Assembly: GCA_947625435.1 (NCBI GenBank)
Contig: CANQOI010000001.1
Location: 10,522 to 74,521, forward strand
From: an uncultured Clostridia bacterium
GTDB taxonomy: Bacteria; Bacillota; Clostridia; UBA1212; UBA1255
Reading direction: 5' to 3'
Length of the DNA: 64,000 bases
Positions 21,920-30,819 of the stretch are shown piece by piece (position 1 is the stretch's first letter; every line of letters starts with the position of its first letter). Under the pieces are notes generated by a model. It saw only the letters and a program-made list of their open reading frames with translations. It did no database searches and was not told the DNA's origin. The translations under genes were made by a program, and so were the position numbers.

Positions 21920-22921
21920 TTACTTGTTAAGAGCTTCCTCAACGGCAACTGCGCACGCAACGGTCGCGCCTACCATCGGGTTGTTGCCCATACCTATGAG
22001 ACCCATCATCTCAACGTGTGCCGGAACGGACGAGGATCCGGCGAACTGAGCGTCTCCGTGCATACGGCCCATTGAATCGGTGAGTCCGTATGAAGCGGGT
22101 CCCGCCGCCACATTGTCCGGGTGCAGAGTACGTCCCGTACCGCCGCCGGATGCGACTGAAAAATACTTCTTTCCGTGCTCTATCGCCCACTTTTTATATG
22201 TGCCCGCCACCAGGTGCTGGAATCTCGTGGGGTTCGTGGAGTTACCGGTTATTGAAACGTCCACGGCTTCCTTCTGCATTATGGCAACGCCCTCGTTCAC
22301 GTCATTCGCTCCGTAGCAGCGCACATTCGCGCGGTCGCCGTCCGAGAACTTCCTGACTTCAACGACCTTGAGCTCTCTCGTGGCAAAATCGTAATCCGTC
22401 TTTACGTAAGTGAATCCGTTTATCCTGGATATTATATAAGCCGCGTCCTTGCCCAGTCCGTTGAGTATTACCTGAAGAGGTTCTTTTCTCACCTTGTTGG
22501 CCGTCCTTGCTATTCCGATAGCGCCCTCGGCGGCAGCGAACGATTCGTGACCTGCCAGGAAGCAGAAGCACTTCGTTTCCTCTCTTAAGAGCATTGCTCC
22601 CAGATTTCCGTGACCGAGTCCCACTTCTCTTGCATCGGCGACCGATCCGGGTATGCAGAATGACTGAAGTCCTATGCCTATGGCCTCGGCGGCCTCGGCG
22701 GCTGTCTTTACTCCCTTGCGGAAGGCTATAGCGCATCCCACTGTGTATGCCCATACGGCATTCTCGAATGCTATGGGCTGTACTCCTTTAACTATCGAAG
22801 CAACATCGACGCCCTTCTCGTCGCATATCGCCTTTGCTTCCTCGAGAGAAGCTATCCCGTATTCGGAAAGGGCTTTGTTTATGCCGTCTATTCTTCTTTC
22901 ATAACCTTCAAATCTTACCAT
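21920..22921 (-). CDS. GGGtGRT-family protein (function unknown)
   Basis: 333 aa. Contains the family-defining SGGGTGRT motif (SVASGGGTGRTLHPDNVAAG). Cys-containing motifs include KCFCFLAGHE. Confidence 0.7.
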   Translation of the reverse strand: MVRFEGYERRIDGINKALSEYGIASLEEAKAICDEKGVDVASIVKGVQPIAFENAVWAYTVGCAIAFRKGVKTAAEAAEAIGIGLQSFCIPGSVADAREVGLGHGNLGAMLLREETKCFCFLAGHESFAAAEGAIGIARTANKVRKEPLQVILNGLGKDAAYIISRINGFTYVKTDYDFATRELKVVEVRKFSDGDRANVRCYGANDVNEGVAIMQKEAVDVSITGNSTNPTRFQHLVAGTYKKWAIEHGKKYFSVASGGGTGRTLHPDNVAAGPASYGLTDSMGRMHGDAQFAGSSSVPAHVEMMGLIGMGNNPMVGATVACAVAVEEALNK

Positions 22922-22935
22922 GGTTCAGTTCCTCC

Positions 22936-23628
22936 TTATTCATTGCGGGGGTCTATGACCTTAACGGCATCGGCATATCTTCCGTATGTACCTATGTTCT
23001 TCTCATAGGCCTCTTTGGGATCTACGCCTTTTTTGATGGCATCCATCATTTTACCGAGATTGACAAATCTGTAACCTATGACCTCGTCATTTTCGTCGAG
23101 TCCTATATTGAGAACATAGCCCTCGGCCATTTCGAGGAAGCGCACGCCCTTCTCTTTTGTTCCGTACATCGTTCCTATCTGAGTGCGGAGACCCTTGCCG
23201 AGATCCTCAAGTCCTGCTCCCACGGGAAGACCTTCCTCCGAAAACGCGGACTGAGTCCTTCCGTATACTATCTGTAAAAATATCTCACGCATAGCAACAT
23301 TTATAGCATCGCATACAAGGTCTGTGTTAAGAGCTTCAAGGAGAGTCTTTCCTCCGAGTATTTCGGCGGCCATTGCGGCGGAGTGCGTCATACCCGAGCA
23401 TCCGAGAGTCTCTACGAGAGCCTCCTCTATTATTCCGTTCTTAACGTTAAGCGTCAGCTTGCACGCTCCCTGCTGCGGCGCACACCAGCCCACGCCGTGT
23501 GACAGGCCCGAAATATCCGAGATCTCCTTTACCTTTACCCATTGACCTTCCTCAGGTATAGGCGCCGGGCCGTGATTAGGTCCCTGCTTGACACACATCA
23601 TTTTCTGTACTTCATGCGAGTAATTCAT
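22936..23628 (-). CDS. NifU/IscU-like Fe-S cluster scaffold homolog with a roughly 100 aa C-terminal extension
   Basis: The N-terminal ~130 aa align by eye to the three IscU Cys motifs: WCAPQQGAC, LGCSGMTHSAAMAAE (cf. GCGSAIASSS) and LVCDAINVAM (cf. HCSILAEDAI). The C-terminal part is unassigned. Confidence 0.6.
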   Translation of the reverse strand: MNYSHEVQKMMCVKQGPNHGPAPIPEEGQWVKVKEISDISGLSHGVGWCAPQQGACKLTLNVKNGIIEEALVETLGCSGMTHSAAMAAEILGGKTLLEALNTDLVCDAINVAMREIFLQIVYGRTQSAFSEEGLPVGAGLEDLGKGLRTQIGTMYGTKEKGVRFLEMAEGYVLNIGLDENDEVIGYRFVNLGKMMDAIKKGVDPKEAYEKNIGTYGRYADAVKVIDPRNE

Positions 23629-23659
23629 GTGTTAATAACCCCTTTCTGTAATTGTGCGT

Positions 23660-25378
23660 CTAATTATAACGCTCTTTACCGAAAATAACAAGCGTTCCGA
23701 AGCTCGATCCCACATCAAAATCGCCGCTTGCGCCTTCTGTCTGCCCGCTTCCCACGTATACCGGTTCAAGAGTATCCGAACCCGCCCGTAAAACGTAAAG
23801 CTCTTTATCGTGAGCGCCGCTCTCCCCTTTGTCTGTCACAAAATAAGTGCCCGAACCGCAGGGGAATACCTCGATCGACAGCTGCTTCTCCGCAAGCGCC
23901 GACGTTCCCAGTATATCCTCATATAAAACGCTGCCGCCCGAGAGAAGGGATGCGGATCTTACACTCCCGTCTTCAAAATAAGAAATATATACATATTCAC
24001 GCCCGGCGTCATTCGCAGCCGCAGGCGCAGGTGCGCTCATACGCCTTGAAGGAGGCACATTGAGCTCCTCTGCGCTGTATGACGCGCCGCTCGGCACAAG
24101 CGCCGTAAGGCCGTAATTGTAACTGTTGATCCCGTTCATCCAGCTTCCCGTATTTTTCGGATTTAATACAAAGCTCCCGCCTGTCAGCATATTCACGTAA
24201 AATACTCCGTTTTCGGCCTCGTATACGCTCATATGCTCTTCCAACATGCCCGTATTTTTTCGGTATTTTAAAGGGAGCGTCATGAGCCTTACGGCCTCTT
24301 CACCGTCGCTGTTGAGAAGGTACAGAGAATCCTTAGTTGCGGCTATCATGTACGTGCCGTCTGAGTACGGCCTCACGCATCCGAATATACGGTATATGTC
24401 CCCGAGCTCCGGATACATGTCATACGTACGGTCTTCCGAAATGCAAGTGATACGTTTATTGTTTTTTGTGTAATACAGCTTATCGCCGTTTTCGAGCCTG
24501 TGCGTAAATTCCGGTATCATACCGTAATAGCCGTACGTGACAGGCGCTTCAGATGCGCCGTTCAGTATCACGTCTTCTCCGTTCCTGCGGCAGCACACCG
24601 TGAAATCATCGTAATAATCGTCGTAGTTGTATTCTGCCTTTCCGGGAAAATATACCTTTTCGACTCCGTCCGCCAGCTTTCCGACAGTTTCATTCGCGCC
24701 GTCATACCTGAAGAGCTCTCCGTCTGCATTTACGTACACCACGCTTGAGTATGCCTCAAATATTCCGGCAGCGGATATGGATTCCGCTAAAAGGTCGCTC
24801 GTTCCCGCCGTTTCTCCCGTAACGTCGGAGCGGTACGCATACAGCTTGTTTGACTGCTCGTATCCGGTAGCATATACGAGCGTTAACGCTTCATTTCCGT
24901 CGTTCTCCATTATGTCAAAGCTGTCAGCCCTGTCGGTCACGTAAAATGCCTTTCCGAGCTCGACGTCAAAGTAATAAAGATACGGTATCTCGTTGAATTC
25001 AAGGCGGTATACAATGTATCTGCCGTCATCGCTCACAGAGCAGTTTTTCTTATATTTTATCTGTTCGTTAAAATCCATAAATGAGCCGTAATATGCTATG
25101 TTTATGCCTGCGGGCGTGACGTCGAAGGACCCGGTGCCTACGGCAAGCATGAGCTTTCCGTCTTTTGTAAAAAGACACGGTACGTCCCTGTCCGCCGCGC
25201 CGTACATTTCACCGTCGCTGTATTCCGTATGTACGAGCGTTTCATCGCCTTCTTCGGGCTGCAGAATGGCCGCGCTGAGACGCATGTCTATCGCGTTAAC
25301 GGTAAGTATAAAATATATCAGTATCACCGCCGCTGTGACGGTCGCGATCTTGATCATCTTCCTGAGTATCTTATTCAT
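23660..25378 (-). CDS. hypothetical membrane-anchored protein, beta-propeller-like (572 aa)
   Basis: N-terminal TM helix. Repeated DG-x-Y/L-aromatic segments (DGKLMLAV, DGRYIVY, DGTYMIAA) resembling PD40/TolB-like blades. Confidence 0.45.
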   Translation of the reverse strand: MNKILRKMIKIATVTAAVILIYFILTVNAIDMRLSAAILQPEEGDETLVHTEYSDGEMYGAADRDVPCLFTKDGKLMLAVGTGSFDVTPAGINIAYYGSFMDFNEQIKYKKNCSVSDDGRYIVYRLEFNEIPYLYYFDVELGKAFYVTDRADSFDIMENDGNEALTLVYATGYEQSNKLYAYRSDVTGETAGTSDLLAESISAAGIFEAYSSVVYVNADGELFRYDGANETVGKLADGVEKVYFPGKAEYNYDDYYDDFTVCCRRNGEDVILNGASEAPVTYGYYGMIPEFTHRLENGDKLYYTKNNKRITCISEDRTYDMYPELGDIYRIFGCVRPYSDGTYMIAATKDSLYLLNSDGEEAVRLMTLPLKYRKNTGMLEEHMSVYEAENGVFYVNMLTGGSFVLNPKNTGSWMNGINSYNYGLTALVPSGASYSAEELNVPPSRRMSAPAPAAANDAGREYVYISYFEDGSVRSASLLSGGSVLYEDILGTSALAEKQLSIEVFPCGSGTYFVTDKGESGAHDKELYVLRAGSDTLEPVYVGSGQTEGASGDFDVGSSFGTLVIFGKERYN

Positions 25379-26804
25379 TTCGGCCGTTATTCCTCCAGCT
25401 GTTCTTGGCGGCTGTCACGACAGCGCTTAATGAAAGCAGCGCAAACCACAGCATCGCCTCCGGAAGCTTATCGGCGGCAGATGCGAATGTCATCGCAGAG
25501 CGCAGCTTTGTCATGTTTTCGGAAAAATCCGCTGCCGACGTAAAATATTTCATTTTATATCTGCATCCCGAGCTTTCGGTCATATATGCATATATGCCGC
25601 CGCTTTTGTCCTGAGTATACAGGACTTTGACGTCGGACGGTATCTCAACGGATACATCGTCTACAGTCAGATAATATACTTTGCTCGTCGGGTACGCGGC
25701 TCTTGATATAGCGAGTCTGAATTTTCCGTCTTTATCCAGCTTATCAAGGGATTTTTCATTCAATATGCTCGGCACTCTGAAATCGTTGAGTGCGGAATAC
25801 ACCCGGGTCTCCGTTTCATTGCCGTCCGGGTCAAGCTCGGTTATAAATGCGGATGACTGCACGGATTCGCCCGTATCTCTCAGAGAGCTTCCCGTGTATA
25901 TATAATAATCCGCGCCGTGCCCGTACAACCTGAGCTCATCGAACCTGTCGGGCGCAAGGGACGAAAGTATTATATCCGATTCACTGTAATCGAAATATCT
26001 GCCGTATATTTCAATGCTCCCGTCAGGCGCCTGCTGTATTTCCATTGCCGCAGACACACAATTTCTGTGATCAAAAAGATCACGGCTCCATAAAAGCTCT
26101 CCCGAATTCGAAAAAGCCTCCGCAAAACCGCGGCTGAAATTATTTGTCTCCCGGTCCTCGGAGTAAGCGCCGATAATGACGAACATGTCATCCGTAAGCA
26201 CGGCTCCGGATATTATCTGTTTCTTTTCATATGTAAATATATTCTTTATATGCTCGTTTTGGGTATCGTAGAGCACCGCTGATGTGCCGCCGGTCAGTGC
26301 TATATATCTCATATCGGTATCGGGAATAAAGGCGCCGTTATATTCGGGCAGCTCCTGCTCATATACGCCCGGATCCAATTCCGCAGCCACGGAAACGGCA
26401 GCAGATGAGCCCGTGACAGACACCGAATACAGCTTTACGGTGCCGTCCTCCTCACACAAGATGCATATCCTGTCCGCACTGTTCCTTATATCGCGTATCG
26501 TAAAATCGTCAGCCTTGTCCCCTATTCTTCCGTGAAATATCTCTTTGCCTTCTTTTGTGTAAATAAACAGATGCGATCCGTTTTCGTTTTCGGACGAGCT
26601 TATGACGGCGGACATACGTCCCGGATCCGTATGCGACCGATCCTCGAGCGCGAACAGATATTCAGGCTCAAGGCCGTCGTATGACAGACCGCTGTCGGGC
26701 GTCAGATAGTCGTTCACTGTATTTACATAATGCCCTATAAAGCCTGTTATTATTATCATTATAATTATCACAGATAATGTACTTATCAGTATTTTCTTAA
26801 GCAT
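25371..26804 (-). CDS. hypothetical membrane protein with N- and C-terminal TM helices (477 aa)
   Basis: N-terminal TM and C-terminal hydrophobic segment (LWFALLSLSAVVTAA). An 8 bp overlap with the downstream gene suggests translational coupling. Upstream -10 TATAAT at 26867-26872 (minus strand), with a weak -35. Confidence 0.45.
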   Translation of the reverse strand: MLKKILISTLSVIIIMIIITGFIGHYVNTVNDYLTPDSGLSYDGLEPEYLFALEDRSHTDPGRMSAVISSSENENGSHLFIYTKEGKEIFHGRIGDKADDFTIRDIRNSADRICILCEEDGTVKLYSVSVTGSSAAVSVAAELDPGVYEQELPEYNGAFIPDTDMRYIALTGGTSAVLYDTQNEHIKNIFTYEKKQIISGAVLTDDMFVIIGAYSEDRETNNFSRGFAEAFSNSGELLWSRDLFDHRNCVSAAMEIQQAPDGSIEIYGRYFDYSESDIILSSLAPDRFDELRLYGHGADYYIYTGSSLRDTGESVQSSAFITELDPDGNETETRVYSALNDFRVPSILNEKSLDKLDKDGKFRLAISRAAYPTSKVYYLTVDDVSVEIPSDVKVLYTQDKSGGIYAYMTESSGCRYKMKYFTSAADFSENMTKLRSAMTFASAADKLPEAMLWFALLSLSAVVTAAKNSWRNNGRNE

Positions 26805-26894
26805 TTCCCAAACCTCACACAGTATCGGCTGTAGTATATCACGTATCTCGTAAAATGAACAGTGAAATTATATTCCGAAATGCCAAAACAAGTA

Positions 26895-26923
26895 TTGACA
26901 ACCGTTTGGCCGATGTGTATAAT
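26895..26923 (+). promoter_or_regulatory. consensus sigma-A promoter for the tRNA-Thr/tRNA-Tyr pair
   Basis: Perfect TTGACA-17 nt-TATAAT. The predicted transcription start is 7-8 nt before tRNA-Thr. Confidence 0.7.
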
Positions 26924-26937
26924 GATGCACGTTGTCT

Positions 26938-27013
26938 GCTGGTGTAGCTCAGTTGGTAGAGCAACTGATTTGTAATCAGTAGGTCGGGGGTTCAAATCCG
27001 TCCACCAGCTCCA
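26938..27013 (+). tRNA. tRNA-Thr (anticodon UGU)
   Basis: GCTGGTGTAGCTCAGTTGGTAGAGC D-arm, anticodon stem ACTGA/TCAGT with loop TTTGTAA, T-loop TTCAAAT, acceptor GCTGGTG/CACCAGC, encoded CCA. Confidence 0.9.
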
Positions 27014-27041
27014 GTCGCTCACAAGGCGGCTGATATATATC

Positions 27042-27126
27042 GGGAGATTTCCAGAGCGGCCAAATGGGGCAGACTGTAAATCTGTTGTCACTGACTTCCG
27101 TGGTTCGAATCCACGATCTCCCACCA
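27042..27126 (+). tRNA. tRNA-Tyr (anticodon GUA), type II with long variable arm
   Basis: Acceptor GGGAGAT/ATCTCCC, anticodon loop CTGTAAA, long variable arm, T-loop TTCGAAT, encoded CCA. Confidence 0.9.
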
Positions 27127-27129
27127 CAC

Positions 27130-27180
27130 AGTGTCCGGACACTCAGAAAATATCGAGGATCCGGGCACTTTTATTTTTCT
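27130..27180 (+). terminator. putative intrinsic terminator after tRNA-Tyr
   Basis: GTGTCCGG...CCGGGCAC 8 bp stem (or the short GTGTCCGGACAC palindrome) followed by TTTTATTTTT. Confidence 0.4.
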
Positions 27181-27240
27181 TTTATTTTTACTTTTGTTTT
27201 TACTTTTATTTTTAATTTTTATTTTATTTATATTATTTTA
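27168..27240. repeat. phased T-tract low-complexity repeat ((T4-5 A T5 AC)n, about 12 bp period)
   Basis: ttttatttttc ttttatttttac ttttgtttttac ttttatttttaa tttttattttat. Lies between the tRNA terminator and the convergent pbp2 3' end. Confidence 0.6.
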
Positions 27241-29442
27241 TTCCTGCTTTGCAGGCTGCATATCCTGAACATTCGCGTCTTTTACAAAATTGCGCCAGCT
27301 GAAGCCCTGCGTTTTCGGGAGGCTGTCCTCGCTGAGAGTGCTGCCGTAGAAATAGAGCTCGAATATTTTACCGGCGAGAGGGATCGCATTTGCTCCCTTT
27401 GCGCCGTGCTCTATTACTATCGACACGGCGATCTCGGGATCGTCCGCTGGTGCGTAGCATATGAGCACCGAGTGAGAGCTCTGCCCGAATGCCTCCATTC
27501 CCGTTTCCGGCGTTCCCGTTTTCGCGGCCACAAATCCTGCCGGGAAAGCCGCAAATGCCTTTTGTGCGACCTCGCTTTCGGCAACCATCTGCTTCATTCC
27601 GTTTTTGACGATGTCAAGATATTCCCTTGATACGTCGATCTGCGCGGCGTCCGCATTCAGGCCGGATTTATCGAGCACCGTCTCTCCCGTATTCGTTTTT
27701 ATATTTTCAATGAGATACGGTACATTCAGTTTTCCGCCGTTGCCCAGCGCCGCGGCGTACCTTGCCAGCTGCATGGGAGTGAAGAGCGTGTAAAGCTGTC
27801 CTATGGCGGTCTGTGCCGTATCGGAATCGGTCCACCTGTGATATATATCGGACTCCTTTATCTTCATGGTGTCCGGGTTGCTCCTGTATCCGGCGTATTC
27901 ATTTATCTCTATGCCGGTCTTTTCTCCGAGTCCGAATTTTTTCGCCCATTCGTCAATGTTGTTTATGCCCGTTTCAACTCCCACCTGCTGAAAATAAACA
28001 TTGCATGATTTCGATATCGCCGACTTTATCGAGATATTGCCGTGATATCCGTTGCAGGCGTGGGAATGATTGTTTATCATAAGATAACCGTTACAGCGTA
28101 TCTCTCTGTATTCCGAAGTCGTGCCGTTTTCAAGAGAGGCGAGCGCGGTGATCGGTTTGAATGTCGAACCTATCGGGTAAAGACCCTGAAGAGCCCTGTT
28201 CAGGCTGGGAGACGACGGGTCGCTGAAAAGCTCCGTGATGGCATTCTGCGCCTCTTTGTTTGAAGAAGGTTCGAGGAATATGCGGTTATCATAGTTCGGA
28301 TAATTGGCTATGGCCACCGTTTCACCGGTCTTCGCATTCAGTACAACGACCGATCCCGCCTGCGCATCTCCGAAATTCTTTACATTATCTTTTGCGGCTT
28401 TTATATTCTCTATCTCTTCCCGGAGCAGCTGCACGCACTTTTGCTGAAATGTATAATCTATAGTGAGATAAACGTCATTGCCCGGTATTGGCTCCGTATA
28501 TGAATACTCCCGTACATTTCCGCCGGCATCTATATACACCTCGCGTATGCCTTCAATGCCGCGGAGATATCCCTCCGCCGCCTGTTCTATCCCTATCTTA
28601 CCTATCAGGTCACTGTTGGAATAGCCCTTATCCTTCATAAGCTCGTATTCTTCTTCGCTTATCGCCCTCACATAACCGAGTATGTGTCCGGCCTCTTCCG
28701 CATTTACGTACTCTCTGAAATATGTCTCTTCCGTGGTAACGCCGGGAAAATCCAGATAATCCGATTCTATCTCTTCAACTGTTTTATCGCTGCAATCCTC
28801 TGCGAGCACAGTGGGCTTTATATAACTGAGTCCGAATGAAAACGTCTGATATCTTATGATCATTATCCTGTAAGCTTCTTCATCGGTGTATTTTGCGTCT
28901 ATACCGAAGCGCTCATTTCTGAGATAATCGAATATCTCTTCCGGAGTGTTGAGCCTGTCTCTGTCGGATTTCTTTATGGCTATCGTATTTATCCAGCTTC
29001 TCCTTGCGGCCCCGTCCTCATCGCCCTTAAGCGACGTTCCCCAGTCTATGGGATATGAGATATATTTCGCAAATTCGTTTGTATAAACATCCCCGTTCTC
29101 TGTAAACAGGTTCACGAGTCTGAGATACATTTCATTTCTCTCATCCTGAGGCCGGTCCACGTTCACCATCTGTACCTTGTACGATCTGCGCGTTGTGGCA
29201 AGAAGTATGCCGTTCCTGTCGTATATGTTGCCCCTCGGAGCCTCCACGGGAAGCTTTGTCGTGCTGTCGATCGTGTTCTCGGCTTTTGTTCTGTATTCGC
29301 TGCCCTCCACTATCTGAAGATCGTAAAGTCTCCCCACCATTACGCTCATGACGACTATGAGCAGGAGCGCCACGTACACACACCTGTTCTTAAAAAATTG
29401 CCCGGCTTTTTCCGAAAAGCTCACCCAGTCCTGCCTATTCAT
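27238..29442 (-). CDS. mrdA: penicillin-binding protein 2 (elongasome transpeptidase)
   Basis: N-terminal TM, dimerisation domain, transpeptidase motifs STFKP (GSTFKPITAL), SKSCN and KTGT. Confidence 0.85.
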   Translation of the reverse strand: MNRQDWVSFSEKAGQFFKNRCVYVALLLIVVMSVMVGRLYDLQIVEGSEYRTKAENTIDSTTKLPVEAPRGNIYDRNGILLATTRRSYKVQMVNVDRPQDERNEMYLRLVNLFTENGDVYTNEFAKYISYPIDWGTSLKGDEDGAARRSWINTIAIKKSDRDRLNTPEEIFDYLRNERFGIDAKYTDEEAYRIMIIRYQTFSFGLSYIKPTVLAEDCSDKTVEEIESDYLDFPGVTTEETYFREYVNAEEAGHILGYVRAISEEEYELMKDKGYSNSDLIGKIGIEQAAEGYLRGIEGIREVYIDAGGNVREYSYTEPIPGNDVYLTIDYTFQQKCVQLLREEIENIKAAKDNVKNFGDAQAGSVVVLNAKTGETVAIANYPNYDNRIFLEPSSNKEAQNAITELFSDPSSPSLNRALQGLYPIGSTFKPITALASLENGTTSEYREIRCNGYLMINNHSHACNGYHGNISIKSAISKSCNVYFQQVGVETGINNIDEWAKKFGLGEKTGIEINEYAGYRSNPDTMKIKESDIYHRWTDSDTAQTAIGQLYTLFTPMQLARYAAALGNGGKLNVPYLIENIKTNTGETVLDKSGLNADAAQIDVSREYLDIVKNGMKQMVAESEVAQKAFAAFPAGFVAAKTGTPETGMEAFGQSSHSVLICYAPADDPEIAVSIVIEHGAKGANAIPLAGKIFELYFYGSTLSEDSLPKTQGFSWRNFVKDANVQDMQPAKQE

Positions 29443-29974
29443 AATTTCCCACCGGCTTTCTCTTAAGGAATCTCAATACAGGAGCGGCGAGCACCGCTAT
29501 ACATATACAATCGTAAAAAACCGTGGGCAGTATCCTGACCGTGAAATGATGTGAAAATCCTCCGGCATACAGCTGCTCCGCACCGCCGGCATACACATAT
29601 AAAAGACGTATCATGAAGCTTTCGGCTATTCCGTATATAAATACGGGCACGGGCGCCGCCGCCAGCGGCCACCAGAGCTTATCCGAATAGTTGAAGCGGT
29701 CCGTGATAAACGAAAGCGCCACTGCCGTATACATATACAAAAGAGCATATAAGCCTATATATCTGCCGTAAACGATATCTATGAACAATCCGGTAGACAG
29801 ACCGTATATAATGGCCTCCGTTATGTTCATCCTCACTGCCGCAACGCACAGAAAAGCGAGTGTGAGATTCGGCTTTACTCCGAAAATGCGTATGTCATTG
29901 AAGAATGCTTCCTGTGCCGCAGCAAGCACCGTAACAGATATTATATAAAATATTATCTGTTTTCTGCTCCTCAT
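29435..29974 (-). CDS. mreD: rod shape-determining protein MreD
   Basis: 179 aa polytopic membrane protein downstream of mreC. 8 bp overlap with pbp2. Confidence 0.65.
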   Translation of the reverse strand: MRSRKQIIFYIISVTVLAAAQEAFFNDIRIFGVKPNLTLAFLCVAAVRMNITEAIIYGLSTGLFIDIVYGRYIGLYALLYMYTAVALSFITDRFNYSDKLWWPLAAAPVPVFIYGIAESFMIRLLYVYAGGAEQLYAGGFSHHFTVRILPTVFYDCICIAVLAAPVLRFLKRKPVGNYE

Positions 29975-30804
29975 TCCGTTCTCCCGGGCATAAGTATATA
30001 TACATGACTGACTGCGGCTATATCTACGGCGGGTATGACGAGCGCCCTGCGCTCTCCCGAAGCTTCGCTGTCCATGATCTCGCTCACGGTGCCGATCACA
30101 AGGCCTTCCGGGTAAACGCCGCCGCTTTCGGCAGTCACTATCACATCCCCCACATACAGCGTGCTCTGATCCGCTATCCTGTCAAGCATCAGCATCTGTT
30201 CATAGTTCTCATTCGACATGCCGCGGACGCGCACAAGAGCATTATTTCTTGAAATGCGAGCCATTACGGTATTCTGCTCGTCAACGACGCACCGTATCTT
30301 TGATGAGACCGGGCCTGCATTATATACTATACCTACAAGGCCCGCCGATGTTATCACTACGCAGCCGTTCTCAACGCCGTCGGACGTCCCCCTGTCTACC
30401 GTGAATTCATTGAACCAGTCCGTGACGTCCTCCGCTATTATGTTGGCGGCCACCATTTCATAGTCTTCAAAATACCCTTTGAGCTCCAACAGCTCCCTAA
30501 GCTCCGTATTTTCATCCTTCAGCTTTTGGTTCTCATTTTCAAGATTGCGGAGCGAATCGTTTTCATTCTGAAGCTCTTCTATCCTGTTCTCGATCTCTTT
30601 ATAATCACCCATCACAGAGAATGCGCTTCTTATATTTCTTCCGAAAGACGAAAAGCCTTTTTGTATATATCTGAACGGCGTTCCTATGACCTTATACACC
30701 GAATGCAGACTGCTTCCCTCCCTGCTTGATACGGCGATAAATACGACAAGCAGGACAGTTATACATGCGAGTATTAAAATTGTGCGCTTAGCTTTTTTAT
30801 TCAC
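29971..30804 (-). CDS. mreC: rod shape-determining protein MreC
   Basis: N-terminal TM, coiled-coil (ENENQKLKDENTELRELLELK), C-terminal MreC beta-domain. Confidence 0.85.
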   Translation of the reverse strand: MNKKAKRTILILACITVLLVVFIAVSSREGSSLHSVYKVIGTPFRYIQKGFSSFGRNIRSAFSVMGDYKEIENRIEELQNENDSLRNLENENQKLKDENTELRELLELKGYFEDYEMVAANIIAEDVTDWFNEFTVDRGTSDGVENGCVVITSAGLVGIVYNAGPVSSKIRCVVDEQNTVMARISRNNALVRVRGMSNENYEQMLMLDRIADQSTLYVGDVIVTAESGGVYPEGLVIGTVSEIMDSEASGERRALVIPAVDIAAVSHVYILMPGRTE

Positions 30805-30819
30805 GCTGTCCTACACACC

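Noticed and set aside
26786-27142. 118 aa minus-strand ORF
   Set aside because: Overlaps both tRNA-Thr and tRNA-Tyr on the opposite strand; spurious.
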